A stretch of 26,023 bases of DNA from a virus. The stretch spans positions 1-26,023 of IMG/VR virus record IMGVR_UViG_3300031994_000473; one strand, written 5' to 3'. Position 1 is the first letter of the stretch; every line of letters starts with the position of its first letter. The position numbers and the translations under genes are program-made. Below, piece after piece: positions 11,648 to 20,095 of the stretch. The notes under the pieces are model-generated. The model was given only the letters and a program-made list of their open reading frames with translations, did not search any database and was not told the origin of the DNA.

Positions 11648-12193
11648 TTATTCCCTCAAGATTCCAAGATTCTAAAATGTTTTATTTCTTTCTTCTAAAG
11701 AAGCTTTTTTATAGCCGATATCCTATACTAATGTAAGCGGTTCAGCCTAAGAATTAAAAGCTTCTCTAATTGCCATAATCATTATATTTCCTTCTAATTC
11801 TTTTCTTTTCAAGTAACCCTAATAAATGAGATTAGCCTCATGTGGAGAGAGGTTATAAAAATCTTCAATAGACATTCCAACCTCTCCTACCAACACTTTA
11901 CATAGCTAATCAAACTAAAGAGGGTCCATTTGTAAAATATACTATTTAATTTCATCAAATGAACCCTCAATATCGAAAGAATTAAAAAGAGAGAAAAGGA
12001 TTATGCTTAAAGCATCTGGACAAGTCTTGTATACCTATTGCCAGTTGTCCTTCCTGTCAATAGCTAGAAAGAAAAGTTTCTATAAAAGAATCTCCTCGTC
12101 TTTCACATTATATAAAAAATCTTTTAATAGGGTTAAATACTTCAGACCAAATTTGAAGGAATAAATTTGACCATTTATCTCCCTTATTATCAT
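11648..12193 (-). CDS. Tail assembly chaperone-like protein, 181 aa, 9 in-frame TAG (highest density in the window)
   Basis: ATG 12191-12193 overlaps the major-tail TGA (ATGA). TAG at 12080, 12035, 11942, 11915, 11906, 11819, 11747, 11723 and 11672; TAA at 11648-11650. I scanned this frame and found no TAA or TGA. The N-terminus MIIREINGQIYSFKFGLKYLTLLKDFL and the position after the major tail gene fit a gpG-like chaperone. The C-terminal half begins MSIEDFYNLSPHEANLIYQGYLKRKELEG. Confidence 0.55.
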
Positions 12194-12576
12194 TCTAAAG
12201 CGCCAACCCCCAAAAGAGTAATAGAATAAGTATAAGCCTTATTAAATGCGGCAGTGAGTGGCATATTGGTAATTAAAGCTTCGCCCTAATATTGTTTAAA
12301 GTTGTCAGTTAATTTAACCCTGATTTTCTATCCATCCTGAAATGCTTGTTCTAGGGCATCCCATGCTTCCTGATCCTTTATGAACACTCCGCCGCATCTT
12401 AAAGACCAACTTTTTAAGCCCGCAATGTTTTCCTCCCAGTCTCCATGAATCTGATTGGTGATTTTTATAGGAGACATTTGTCTATTTAATATACAGTTCT
12501 ATTGGCCACCAATCACTTTGTCTCCAATGTAAAGAACTGCGTCTACTCCCTTATGCGGAGGTTTAACCATTTTCAT
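12190..12576 (-). CDS. Major tail (tube) protein, TP901-1/phi13-like family, 128 aa, 3 in-frame TAG
   Basis: ATG 12574-12576 follows GGAGG; TGA at 12190-12192. The sequence GVDAVLYIGDKVIGGQ(TAG)NCILNRQMSPIKITNQIHGDWEENIAGLKSWSLRCGGVFIKDQEAWDALEQAF...Y(TAG)GEALITNMPLTAAFNKAYTYSITLLGVGAL follows the Phage_tail_2 pattern (G..W.e...G.k.w.i...G......a...l...., y.G.a.i.s, l.G.G.l). Confidence 0.8.
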
Positions 12577-12967
12577 TTTCAACCTCCTACTCCATTCCAT
12601 TGCAATAGAAAGAGATAGTCAGGACACCATGTTTCCGCATTACTCCTGTAGATTTATCATCTAAAATGCGGAAGGTCTCATTTACATACACTATTCCATC
12701 TATTGCATAGAACTGCTATAATTCATCAAATATTTCTGCTTCCATATCAAGTATCTATTGCTATCCATCGTATTCAGAAAAAATATGTACTTGATATCTA
12801 ACAACACATTGATAATTCTTATTATATCTATCTCTATTTACTGTTGATAATCTAATTTCAATACAAGGAAATTTATCTTGTCTTCTCTTTGGATTATCAA
12901 TAACTTGATAGTTTGCATATTTAGTAGAGAGTATTTCAAATAATTTTGTTTTAATTTTATTTATCAT
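12563..12967 (-). CDS. Tail terminator/tail completion-like protein, 134 aa, 4 in-frame TAG
   Basis: Track ORF 12761..12967 (AAGGAG RBS) continues through TAG at 12761, 12755, 12716 and 12587 to TAA at 12563-12565. It sits directly upstream of the major tail gene, and its size fits DUF3168-like terminators. Confidence 0.5.
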
Positions 12968-12977
12968 AAACTCTCCT

Positions 12978-13616
12978 TTAAATTATTTCAATATAAGAGG
13001 AGGGCGAACCTAGACTAAAAACAGGTCCGGCTTTATCATAGCCAATTTTCTATCCTCCAGAAAGCATATCTGCAAGTATTGAAAAAACTCCCCCAAAAAC
13101 AGCTCCAAAAACACCCGCAAAAAAAGACTAAGCAAAAGTACCGTGACCCATCATTTCACTGGGGTCTTCAAAATCATTTACTAAAATGTCATGTAGTTCA
13201 TCTGCAGCCTCTTGATAAGCAGCGTCAAATTCCGCGGCGGTTTGATCCCAAGCTTGTTCAAGAGCAGGCCCAAAATAAGGTTGAGCCATCATTTTCCAAG
13301 TTCCATATTCAACATATTGAGCATATTCAGTGTCTGCATAGCAAGATATACTCCAATCATCTGCCGATGCAGAAATTGATGAATATAAACGACCAGTGTT
13401 TATAGGCACTAAGTTAGTTGCCGCTTGGTAAAAAGCATCAGCAAATTCCGCAAAAGCGTCACTGTAATCCACTTCTACTGTAACTGTTACTTGTTCATCA
13501 TTTATAAGAGTATTATTTTCGCCGTTTGCATCTGAATCTACTGGCATCAGTGCTGTCCCAGTGACTTCAGTTTGTAAACCTAAATCATCTCCGCTTATAT
13601 ATGCATATAATGCCAT
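12978..13616 (-). CDS. HK97 gp10-like tail/neck component with a TAG-gated hydrophobic C-terminal extension, 212 aa
   Basis: Track ORF 13128..13616 contains NTGRLYSSI...YAQYVEYGTWKMMAQPYFGPALEQAW, the HK97-gp10 family motif. TAG at 13128 and 13050 leads to TAA at 12978-12980, which lies immediately before the next RBS. Confidence 0.65.
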
Positions 13617-13807
13617 TATTCTTCCTCAATATCTTCTATATTTACTTCTATATAATTATCTGGGGTATCCATACTCCCCATCCTGAGAGACGGGGAATAC
13701 AGATGAACCTCAGTAACAACATTATCTTCATTTAATGCGTAATGAGGTTTCTTAAAGTCTAATACCTTACCTTCATCCGCATATATAACTCTATCTCTTA
13801 TTACCAT
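13616..13807 (-). CDS. Small structural-module protein (63 aa), paralog of 13809..14027
   Basis: An internal ATG at 13805-13807 follows GGAGGG, one nt after the upstream TAA. TAA 13616-13618 overlaps the next ATG. It shares Y.ADEGKV.DF...E.HLYS..L..G..D..DNY.EV with its neighbour. Confidence 0.6.
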   Translation of the reverse strand: MVIRDRVIYADEGKVLDFKKPHYALNEDNVVTEVHLYSPSLRMGSMDTPDNYIEVNIEDIEEE

Positions 13808-13808
13808 A

Positions 13809-14027
13809 TTAACCCTCCTGCGTAGGAGCGTCAACTTCTACGTAATTATCGATGCTATCTGTGATGCCTAAGAACAATGTCTTAGAGTAAAGATGTTCTT
13901 GTACTGTTGTTTCTACTCCAGTTTCAGGATCTTTCTCAACAGTGACATGTGTTGATAAATCAGCCCAATCAAATACTTTACCTTCATCCGCATCGTATCT
14001 TTGCACTGTATATTCTTGTGTTTTCAT
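13809..14027 (-). CDS. Small structural-module protein (72 aa), paralog of 13616..13807
   Basis: Intact ORF with AAGAGG RBS and a TAA stop. It carries the paralogous motif RYDADEGKVFDW...EHLYSKTLFLGITDSIDNYVEV. Confidence 0.6.
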   Translation of the reverse strand: MKTQEYTVQRYDADEGKVFDWADLSTHVTVEKDPETGVETTVQEHLYSKTLFLGITDSIDNYVEVDAPTQEG

Positions 14028-14039
14028 GTTTTACCTCTT

Positions 14040-15254
14040 TTATGTTAACGATACTGTCCAACCCTTTGCAGTTGCTACTGCTATTTCTGCGGCAGTGAGG
14101 TCTGCTATTGCTCCTCCATCTGTTGCAGATCCTTTGTTAGTAGCATTTTCAAATGTAATAGTATTAGTACCACCTGCTGTTGCTATATATGCACTAGTAT
14201 CTGGGAGTGAATTAATAGTGTTTACCGCACTATCATGATTATATCTTGAATACTCAGGTAGAGTAGTAAACCACCAATCTTCATTTTTTAATGCTTCATA
14301 ACTTGCTGCATCGGTAACTTCTTTAGTAGTATCAAAATATGTATCCTTACTAAAACCAACAGGAGTAACACCATAATCAGCAAATACTTTAAAATTTTGA
14401 CTTTTATATTCTCTAACTACTGGAGCGTTATTTTCCATTAAAAAAGTTATATCTTTAATGCAATATAAATTAGCACCGGCTGTTCCAAACATATTTGCAG
14501 TTATAGGAGCTACTTGTTGACTTGAATAACCCCTATATAATGGAAGATTTAAACTTGTTAAACTATAATCTTGACCAAAACCTTGAGAAAAATTTAAAAG
14601 GCCATATTGAGATGAATTTGTTACAACAGACCACCAACTGAGATCAGGAATAGTTTTTAATTTATAACAATGTAAAAATGTCTGTTGTGGGGTTTGTTGA
14701 AATTTATTCTGTATCGCAAATAACACATCTGAATTATTTGTTAAAAAATCAAAAAAATTAGATGGAATAGACTATAAAGAACGACAATCATAAAAAGTTC
14801 CATTTGCAGTTAAATTAAACCCAGTCCGAAGATTTGGGTTATTATTTAAATTTAAAGTAATTATAGGTAATTTTTTTACATTACTAGTACGAAAAGAATA
14901 ATTTACCTGTACTGTAACAGATGAAGCATTAGCAGAAATAGTTAAAGGCAAAGTATAACTAGAAAGATCCTACAAACTTGTAGTCTAAGCAATATTACTT
15001 AAATTTGAATCTCCTGTAAAATTTATTTTATTCTTTAATAAATCTTTTAAAGCTATAAAAACTTTACTACCAAATAGATTTGATCCATCAAAGGGAAAAT
15101 TAATAGTAGGAATTTCTGCTCCACCACCGCCTTCAATAGCGGCAATAGCATCAGCCATATCACTAGGATAATAAGTAGTTTGTGTTCCATTTTGTTCTCT
15201 AATAGCATCGGCAATATCAGTAAGCGTGCTATCATTAATTAATACTACACTCAT
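14040..15254 (-). CDS. Fibre/receptor-binding candidate with BspA-type leucine-rich-repeat-like core, 404 aa, 3 in-frame TAG
   Basis: Track ORFs 14985..15254 and 14040..14726 are in one frame and are joined through TAG at 14985, 14970 and 14772. No TAA or TGA occurs in that frame. Motifs: N-terminal LTDIADAIREQNGT...MADAIAAI; Cys-containing repeats (CRSL(TAG)SIPSNFF, FLHCYKLKTIPDLS); C-terminal AAEIAVATAKGWTVSLT. Confidence 0.6.
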
Positions 15255-16921
15255 TAATATTGTACCTCCTCTGCATTAGTAAGATTAACAGAAATGACAC
15301 CATTAACAATGCTAATTCCAGTACCTGCGGTATAAGTAGCTCCTGCCCCATCCTGTCCATCTTGACCATCATATACATTAAAATCAGTATTACGAGAATC
15401 TCCTGTCCCATAACTAAATGCGACATTATGTCCTCCGGTTATCGAAGTTACTGTAACAATAGGTGTGATACCATCTTGTCCTGTTCCACCTCCGCCGCCA
15501 GTTGCGGAAATCACTCCATTAGTAATTTCAATACCAGTTCCCGCTGTATATGTCGTATGTTTAAATAAAGGAATTACTTTATTACTCCATGCGCTATATT
15601 GATTATTATAACCATTATACTAATAAATACGACCATATATATTATCAAGGTCCCGGAAAGAGTCACCAAGACCCAAGAAATAAATAAATAATCTTGTTCT
15701 ATTATTAGAATTTTCATTTGTTCCCCAGCATCTATCTGGGTCTAAATCAAAATACGCATATCTTATCGTTGTGTAGTTGGTCGTTATTGTAGTAGAGTTA
15801 GGCAAAGTCTCCCAAGAAAAAGCTGTGCTTCCATTATAGGAAGAACTAGTTGGAACTCCAACACTTGGGAGACATACATATCCATAAGTATTTACAGGTA
15901 TATTTTCCAATTTTGATGGGAAAAACATTCCAGTTTTAGGAATAGCATCTCTCAAATCAGTCTCTGAATAATCAAAATAAGTTAAATTATTAAAAATACC
16001 TGGTTTAATATCTCCACCTGTTCCATCTTGACCATCCATTACATCAAAATCAGTATTTCTTTGATCACCAGTACCATAATTAAATGCTATGTTGTGACCA
16101 CCAGTAATTGAAGTTACTGTTACTGTTGGAGTAATACCATCATCTCCATCGGTACCATTTGTACCATTTGTCCCTGCGGGACCTTGCTCTCCTTGAGGTC
16201 CAGTCGCACCTGTTGCACCATCTTGACCGTTTGTTAAATCAACTTCAGTAGTGCCAGCAATATCAGTTACCGCTAAATGATAACCATTACTTGTTTGTGT
16301 TACAACAACAGAGGGTGAAAAACCATTATTACCAGTATCTCCCTTTTCACCTTTTGGACCCTGAACACCTTGCGGGCCGGTCTAACCTGTATCTCCTTTT
16401 GGTCCCGTATCACCAGTATCCCCTTTTGGACCTTGAATACCTTGTGGACCTTGCTATCCTTGAGGACCAGTTTCACCCTGTGGTCCTTGTACCCCTTGAA
16501 TACCCTGAGGTCCTTGAGCTCCGGTTGCACCAGTGTCACCCTTATCTCCCTTGTCACCTTTATCTCCCTTAAGAGAAGCTTTCTGCTCAGGAGTTAAAGA
16601 TTCAAAAGTAACAGCACCATCTTCACCTTTTGGTCCTGCTTCACCGGGATCTCCTTTATCACCCTTATCACCTTTTGGTCCTTGAGGTCCAGTCTATCCT
16701 TGCGGTCCCCGCAATCCTTGGTTACCATCATCACCTTTTGGTCCTTTTAATGAAGCTAACCACTGTGCTTCAGTCCCGCTAAATCCGTTTTCAACAGCAA
16801 CTTCGTAAGCACTTAATCCATTGCCTACGACTCTAATAAACCCCAGTTCTTCGCTATTCTCTGCCTGGGTTGGGGTAATATTCTTTAACGAATAAAGAGT
16901 TGCGGTAATATCATTTGCCAT
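15254..16921 (-). CDS. Collagen-like (Gly-X-Y) fibre protein with an internally duplicated beta-module, 555 aa, 4 in-frame TAG
   Basis: Track ORFs 16694..16921, 15620..16039 and 15254..15514 share one frame. TAG at 16694, 16454, 16382 and 15620; TAA at 15254-15256. Long GXY runs are present (GPKGDKGDKGDPGEAGPKGEDG..., GATGAQGPQGIQGVQGPQGETGPQG...). Confidence 0.8.
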
Positions 16922-17250
16922 CAGTACGTTACCCCCTAAACTATCTTAATCTTAGCTGGGCCAACAACAGTATCAACCCAACCTGTTTCTGTGTCTAATT
17001 GTATATCATAAAAATATGTGCCTTTATCTAAATTAGTATCTTCTGAACTTAAATAGATAATAGCCATATTGTTGTTAGTAAATTCAGTAATCACTTTTTG
17101 TACAAGAGGTGTTTGTGATTCTTTTTCTTTTGAGATTGTAAAAGTAATCTTATCCCCTTCCCGCAGTTCATAGTTATCAAGAGCTACAGAAAAATAGGCG
17201 GTATCCTTTTTTACAATCGTAATCTTGTTGTTTTCATCAACTGTATACAT
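16921..17250 (-). CDS. Ig-like/beta-sandwich structural protein, 104 aa to TAG 16936 or 109 aa to TGA 16921
   Basis: Track ORF 16936..17250. After the TAG, 5 codons lead to a TGA overlapping the next ATG (TGATG). The motif KGTYFYDIQL...GPAKIKIV is typical of small phage Ig-like domains. Confidence 0.55.
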
Positions 17251-17253
17251 TGA

Positions 17254-17553
17254 TTACCTCTTTTCTTCAACCAGTATAGAATGTACAAAGCGGCGATGCG
17301 GGTTACTAAATCTTAAGGAATAGTTCTTATCTCTAAAAATATATTTAGCATCTTTCTTAAGCTATTCCCAAGAGAAAACAATCAAAACCTGCTATCCATT
17401 CAAACCATACTGTCCTGCTACTTCAGGATTAGTATTTAAAGAAGCATTACAGATGATCTCTCTTTGAACTGGATCGCCAACCTTGCGGCGGCCACCGCCA
17501 TTATCATCTTCATACTATTGAATGTTTTCAATTAATATATCTCGCATTACCAT
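17254..17553 (-). CDS. Head closure / head-tail adaptor-like protein, 99 aa, 3 in-frame TAG
   Basis: ATG 17551-17553 lies one nt after the upstream TAA; TAA at 17254-17256. Translation: MVMRDILIENIQ(TAG)YEDDNGGGRRKVGDPVQREIICNASLNTNPEVAGQYGLNG(TAG)QVLIVFSWE(TAG)LKKDAKYIFRDKNYSLRFSNPHRRFVHSILVEEKR. The call rests on position and size. Confidence 0.5.
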
Positions 17554-17554
17554 A

Positions 17555-17854
17555 TTATATACACCTAATCTTTCTGTGTTTTGTAAGTGTAGATATAATA
17601 TTTTTACTATATCCATCAATATAGCTCTCATTAACGCCAGAACCGGAGACTGAGGATAAACCCTCAGTCCCCATAGCGTTGTATTTCTAAATAACCATGC
17701 TTATTACTGCGGAATCTAATTTCTTATTATATTCGGAAAGATTACAAAAATCAATTGCTTCATCTTTGCACATACTAATCAAGAGATCAAGTAACTCATC
17801 TTTACTTTCATCATCTTCATTAATTCCTAATAATAATTTTATTTTATCCAGCAT
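17555..17854 (-). CDS. Head-tail connector (gp6-like, Phage_connect_1-like), 99 aa, 1 in-frame TAG
   Basis: ATG 17852-17854 follows AAGGAG; TAG at 17687; TAA at 17555-17557. The sequence MLDKIKLLLGINEDDESKDELLDLLISMCKDEAIDFCN...GTEGLSSVSGSGVNESYIDGYSKNIISTLTKHRK fits the family pattern. Confidence 0.65.
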
Positions 17855-17874
17855 GATTAAACTCCTTTATCAAA

Positions 17875-18786
17875 TTAAGGATTTGTAGTTCCGCCTTGAG
17901 TACCGCCACCTTCGGTACCTCCGCCTTGAGTTCCACCTTCGGTACCTCCGCCTTGAGTTCCACCTTCGGTACCTCCGCCTTGAGTTCCACCACCAGCAGC
18001 GGCAGCACCAGTTGTAATCTTAACAACCTTAGTAGCATCAGTAAGAGCAACGAGGGCTACTTTACGAGCAAATACTTTATTGTTACGGTAGTTGGCATCT
18101 CTTTCCTGTTCAATTTCAGAACCTTTCTTAATGAAAAGAGTAACTGCTTCAGCGTTAGCAAGGAATGCAGTATTTTCAGGAACTGCCTTAGAAACAATTA
18201 CAGGAACACCACATACTGTTCCAATGTAACCAGTTCTTACGAAATCTTCAACATATTTAAGGTCATCACCAAGAGCCTTTCTAACTTTGGCTTTGTCACC
18301 TGTGTTGATAAGAATGAAATAACCTGTTTCATCTTCAAGATCTAATTTAGCAATAGCATCAACAACAGCATCAAATGTAAGTCCTGTTGCGGAAGCGTCA
18401 TATGTAATAGTAGCCTTACCAAATTCCGCAATCGCTTTTCTTGTAAAGTCATTTGTCATGCGGGTTGCAAGTCCATAAAGACCAGCATCTACTACCATAG
18501 GATCTTTCATTTCTTGTTCATCGTAGTATTGGAATCTACCCTGAGTAACACCTACAACGTAGTCCACATCAGTGAAGCTAACTTCGATGTCATCTGTATT
18601 ACCTTCACCCATTTCAAGGTCTTCAACATCACCAGTAGAAGTGTAAGTATGAATAGTCTTAATCATACCTGCATTTTCTGTAAGTGAAGTATCTACTGTC
18701 ATATAAGATTGAAGATTAACATTAGTAGTAAGTAAATCTTCAAGTTTATTTTCTAATACAAAATTTTCATATACTTTATGAGCCAT
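17875..18786 (-). CDS. Major capsid protein (HK97-fold, N4-gp56-like family of Firmicute phages) with a Gly/Thr/Gln/Glu-rich repeat tail; no TAG
   Basis: Intact 303-aa ORF after the scaffold gene, with AAGGAG RBS and a TAA stop. Its position, size and sequence style (…GRFQYYDEQEMKDPMVVDAG…FIKKGSEIEQERDANYRNNKVFARKVALVAL) fit a major capsid protein. Confidence 0.75.
   Translation of the reverse strand: MAHKVYENFVLENKLEDLLTTNVNLQSYMTVDTSLTENAGMIKTIHTYTSTGDVEDLEMGEGNTDDIEVSFTDVDYVVGVTQGRFQYYDEQEMKDPMVVDAGLYGLATRMTNDFTRKAIAEFGKATITYDASATGLTFDAVVDAIAKLDLEDETGYFILINTGDKAKVRKALGDDLKYVEDFVRTGYIGTVCGVPVIVSKAVPENTAFLANAEAVTLFIKKGSEIEQERDANYRNNKVFARKVALVALTDATKVVKITTGAAAAGGGTQGGGTEGGTQGGGTEGGTQGGGTEGGGTQGGTTNP
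17891..17991. repeat. 27-bp tandem repeat (~3.6 copies) encoding GTEGGTQGG units at the capsid protein C-terminus
   Basis: ccgccttgagttccaccttcggtacct is repeated head to tail. The first copy carries a 3-nt insertion. The repeat forms a GC-rich island in an AT-rich genome. Confidence 0.9.
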
Positions 18787-18805
18787 AATTATAATCTCCT
18801 TCTAT

Positions 18806-19375
18806 TCATCGAGTTGTCATCTGTTTATACAACTCTGGATTTGTTCTATATAATTCGGCTTGCTGTGATACTGTAAGTTTTGCGAACTGTTCTTTAGTCA
18901 TGCCAGTTTGCGATACTGAACTTCCCTTTGGAGCGGGAGTCGCTAACCTAGAATTTACAGCATCCGCAAGCGCAGCCTTCCATGCCTTCTCAAAATTGTT
19001 AATGTTTTCCATCATACTTTCGGCATCGTCGGTCACAATGTAATCTACAAATTGTACTGGCAGCCCTCTATCCGCAAGAACCTTTGATGCACTTAACTTA
19101 TTCTGTGTAAGTGCAAACTCTCTTTCTTTTGCTTCGAGTTCTGCAACTCTTTTTTGAAATTCATATTCTTTCTTTTGAGCTTCATCCATATCACGCAATT
19201 TCTCAGCTTCTGCGCGTTCATTTTCAAATTTCTGTTTCTGTTTCTTAAGTGCGGATGTCACTCTCCTATCAGCTTCCTGTTGCAGAAGTTTATCAACTTC
19301 TTCTTGTGTATAGGTCTTAACCTCTTGAACTGTTTCCTCTGCCCCAGTCTCAACTGTTGTTTTATTTTCTTCCAT
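18806..19375 (-). CDS. Capsid scaffolding protein (DUF4355-like), 189 aa; no TAG
   Basis: Intact ORF directly upstream of the capsid gene. It is charged and coiled-coil rich (EEVDKLLQQEADRRVTSALKKQKQKFENERAEAEKLRDMDEAQKKEYEFQKRVAELEAKEREF), with a TGA stop. Confidence 0.7.
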   Translation of the reverse strand: MEENKTTVETGAEETVQEVKTYTQEEVDKLLQQEADRRVTSALKKQKQKFENERAEAEKLRDMDEAQKKEYEFQKRVAELEAKEREFALTQNKLSASKVLADRGLPVQFVDYIVTDDAESMMENINNFEKAWKAALADAVNSRLATPAPKGSSVSQTGMTKEQFAKLTVSQQAELYRTNPELYKQMTTR

Positions 19376-19477
19376 AATCTATATCTCCTTAAAAGTTCGC
19401 TATCAAAGCGCCCTTGTATCAAAAATAAATGAGTTACTTAATGTCCCTCATGGTTTATAAAAATTTTATTTAATCAC

Positions 19478-20011
19478 TTATTCGATTTTGTCCTAAAATT
19501 TCCAAACAAAACCTTTATGTTTTAAACCTTGATTCATAGCCATAGATAAGGTATTTTTATTATACCCAGTGGCTGCAGCAGCCTTAGCTACAGATTCGAA
19601 ACGACCAACTTCATTTCCACCTGAATCGTATTGAACAATATCTTTGTTAAAATGTTCTTTTCGTTTGTCAATTCTACGTTTTTGTACATTACCATAGTTT
19701 ACATTATATTTTGATGTACACCATTCAAGGTTTTCAACATTATTATTTTCCTTATCCTAATCAATGTGATTTATTTGCGGCAACCCCTCTGGATTAGGAA
19801 TAAAAGCTTCTGCAACAGCCCTATGAACATATTTCTGTTTATATTCATATTTACCAGTAGCTAACTTAACCTTTAAATATCCTACTCCTTTTTGAGTGCG
19901 GCTAGAATAAGGTTTAAGAATTCGTTGTGTTTCTTTATTGCGGACTCTTCCTTGTGTGCTTACTTCATATCTAGGAAAATCCTAAATTGTTTTCCAGGTT
20001 TCTTGTTTCAT
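19478..20011 (-). CDS. HNH homing endonuclease (NUMOD4/HNH_3-like), 177 aa, 3 in-frame TAG
   Basis: ATG 20009-20011 follows AAGGAG. TAG at 19982, 19757 and 19493; TAA at 19478-19480. The sequence WKTI(TAG)DFPRYEVSTQGRVRN...GYLKVKL...YVHRAVAEAFIPNPEGLPQINHID(TAG)DKENNNVENLEWCT is the classic phage HNH_3 signature. Confidence 0.8.
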
Positions 20012-20095
20012 AATCTATTTCTCCTTTGAATAATTCTTTCTACCATTATTCAAAATTATAAGAAATAAATTATATAAACTTGACCAAATTTTTTG

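Noticed and set aside
11704-11712. Canonical -1 frameshift (gpG/gpGT) at the A-rich tract TATAAAAAAGC in the chaperone-like gene
   Set aside because: The heptamer is not in the X_XXY_YYZ register of the zero frame. The -1 frame terminates after about 17 codons, so no extended product is possible.
11922-11966. Hairpin gggtccatttg/caaatgaaccc (10 of 11 bp, 23-nt loop) as a tRNA or regulatory RNA
   Set aside because: It lies inside the chaperone-like ORF. It has no cloverleaf arms or T-loop, and the loop does not present a U-CUA-R anticodon context.
14745-14877. A6-A7/T7 homopolymer tracts in the LRR gene as phase-variation switches
   Set aside because: Tracts of this length are expected by chance in such an AT-rich sequence, and nothing else supports the idea.
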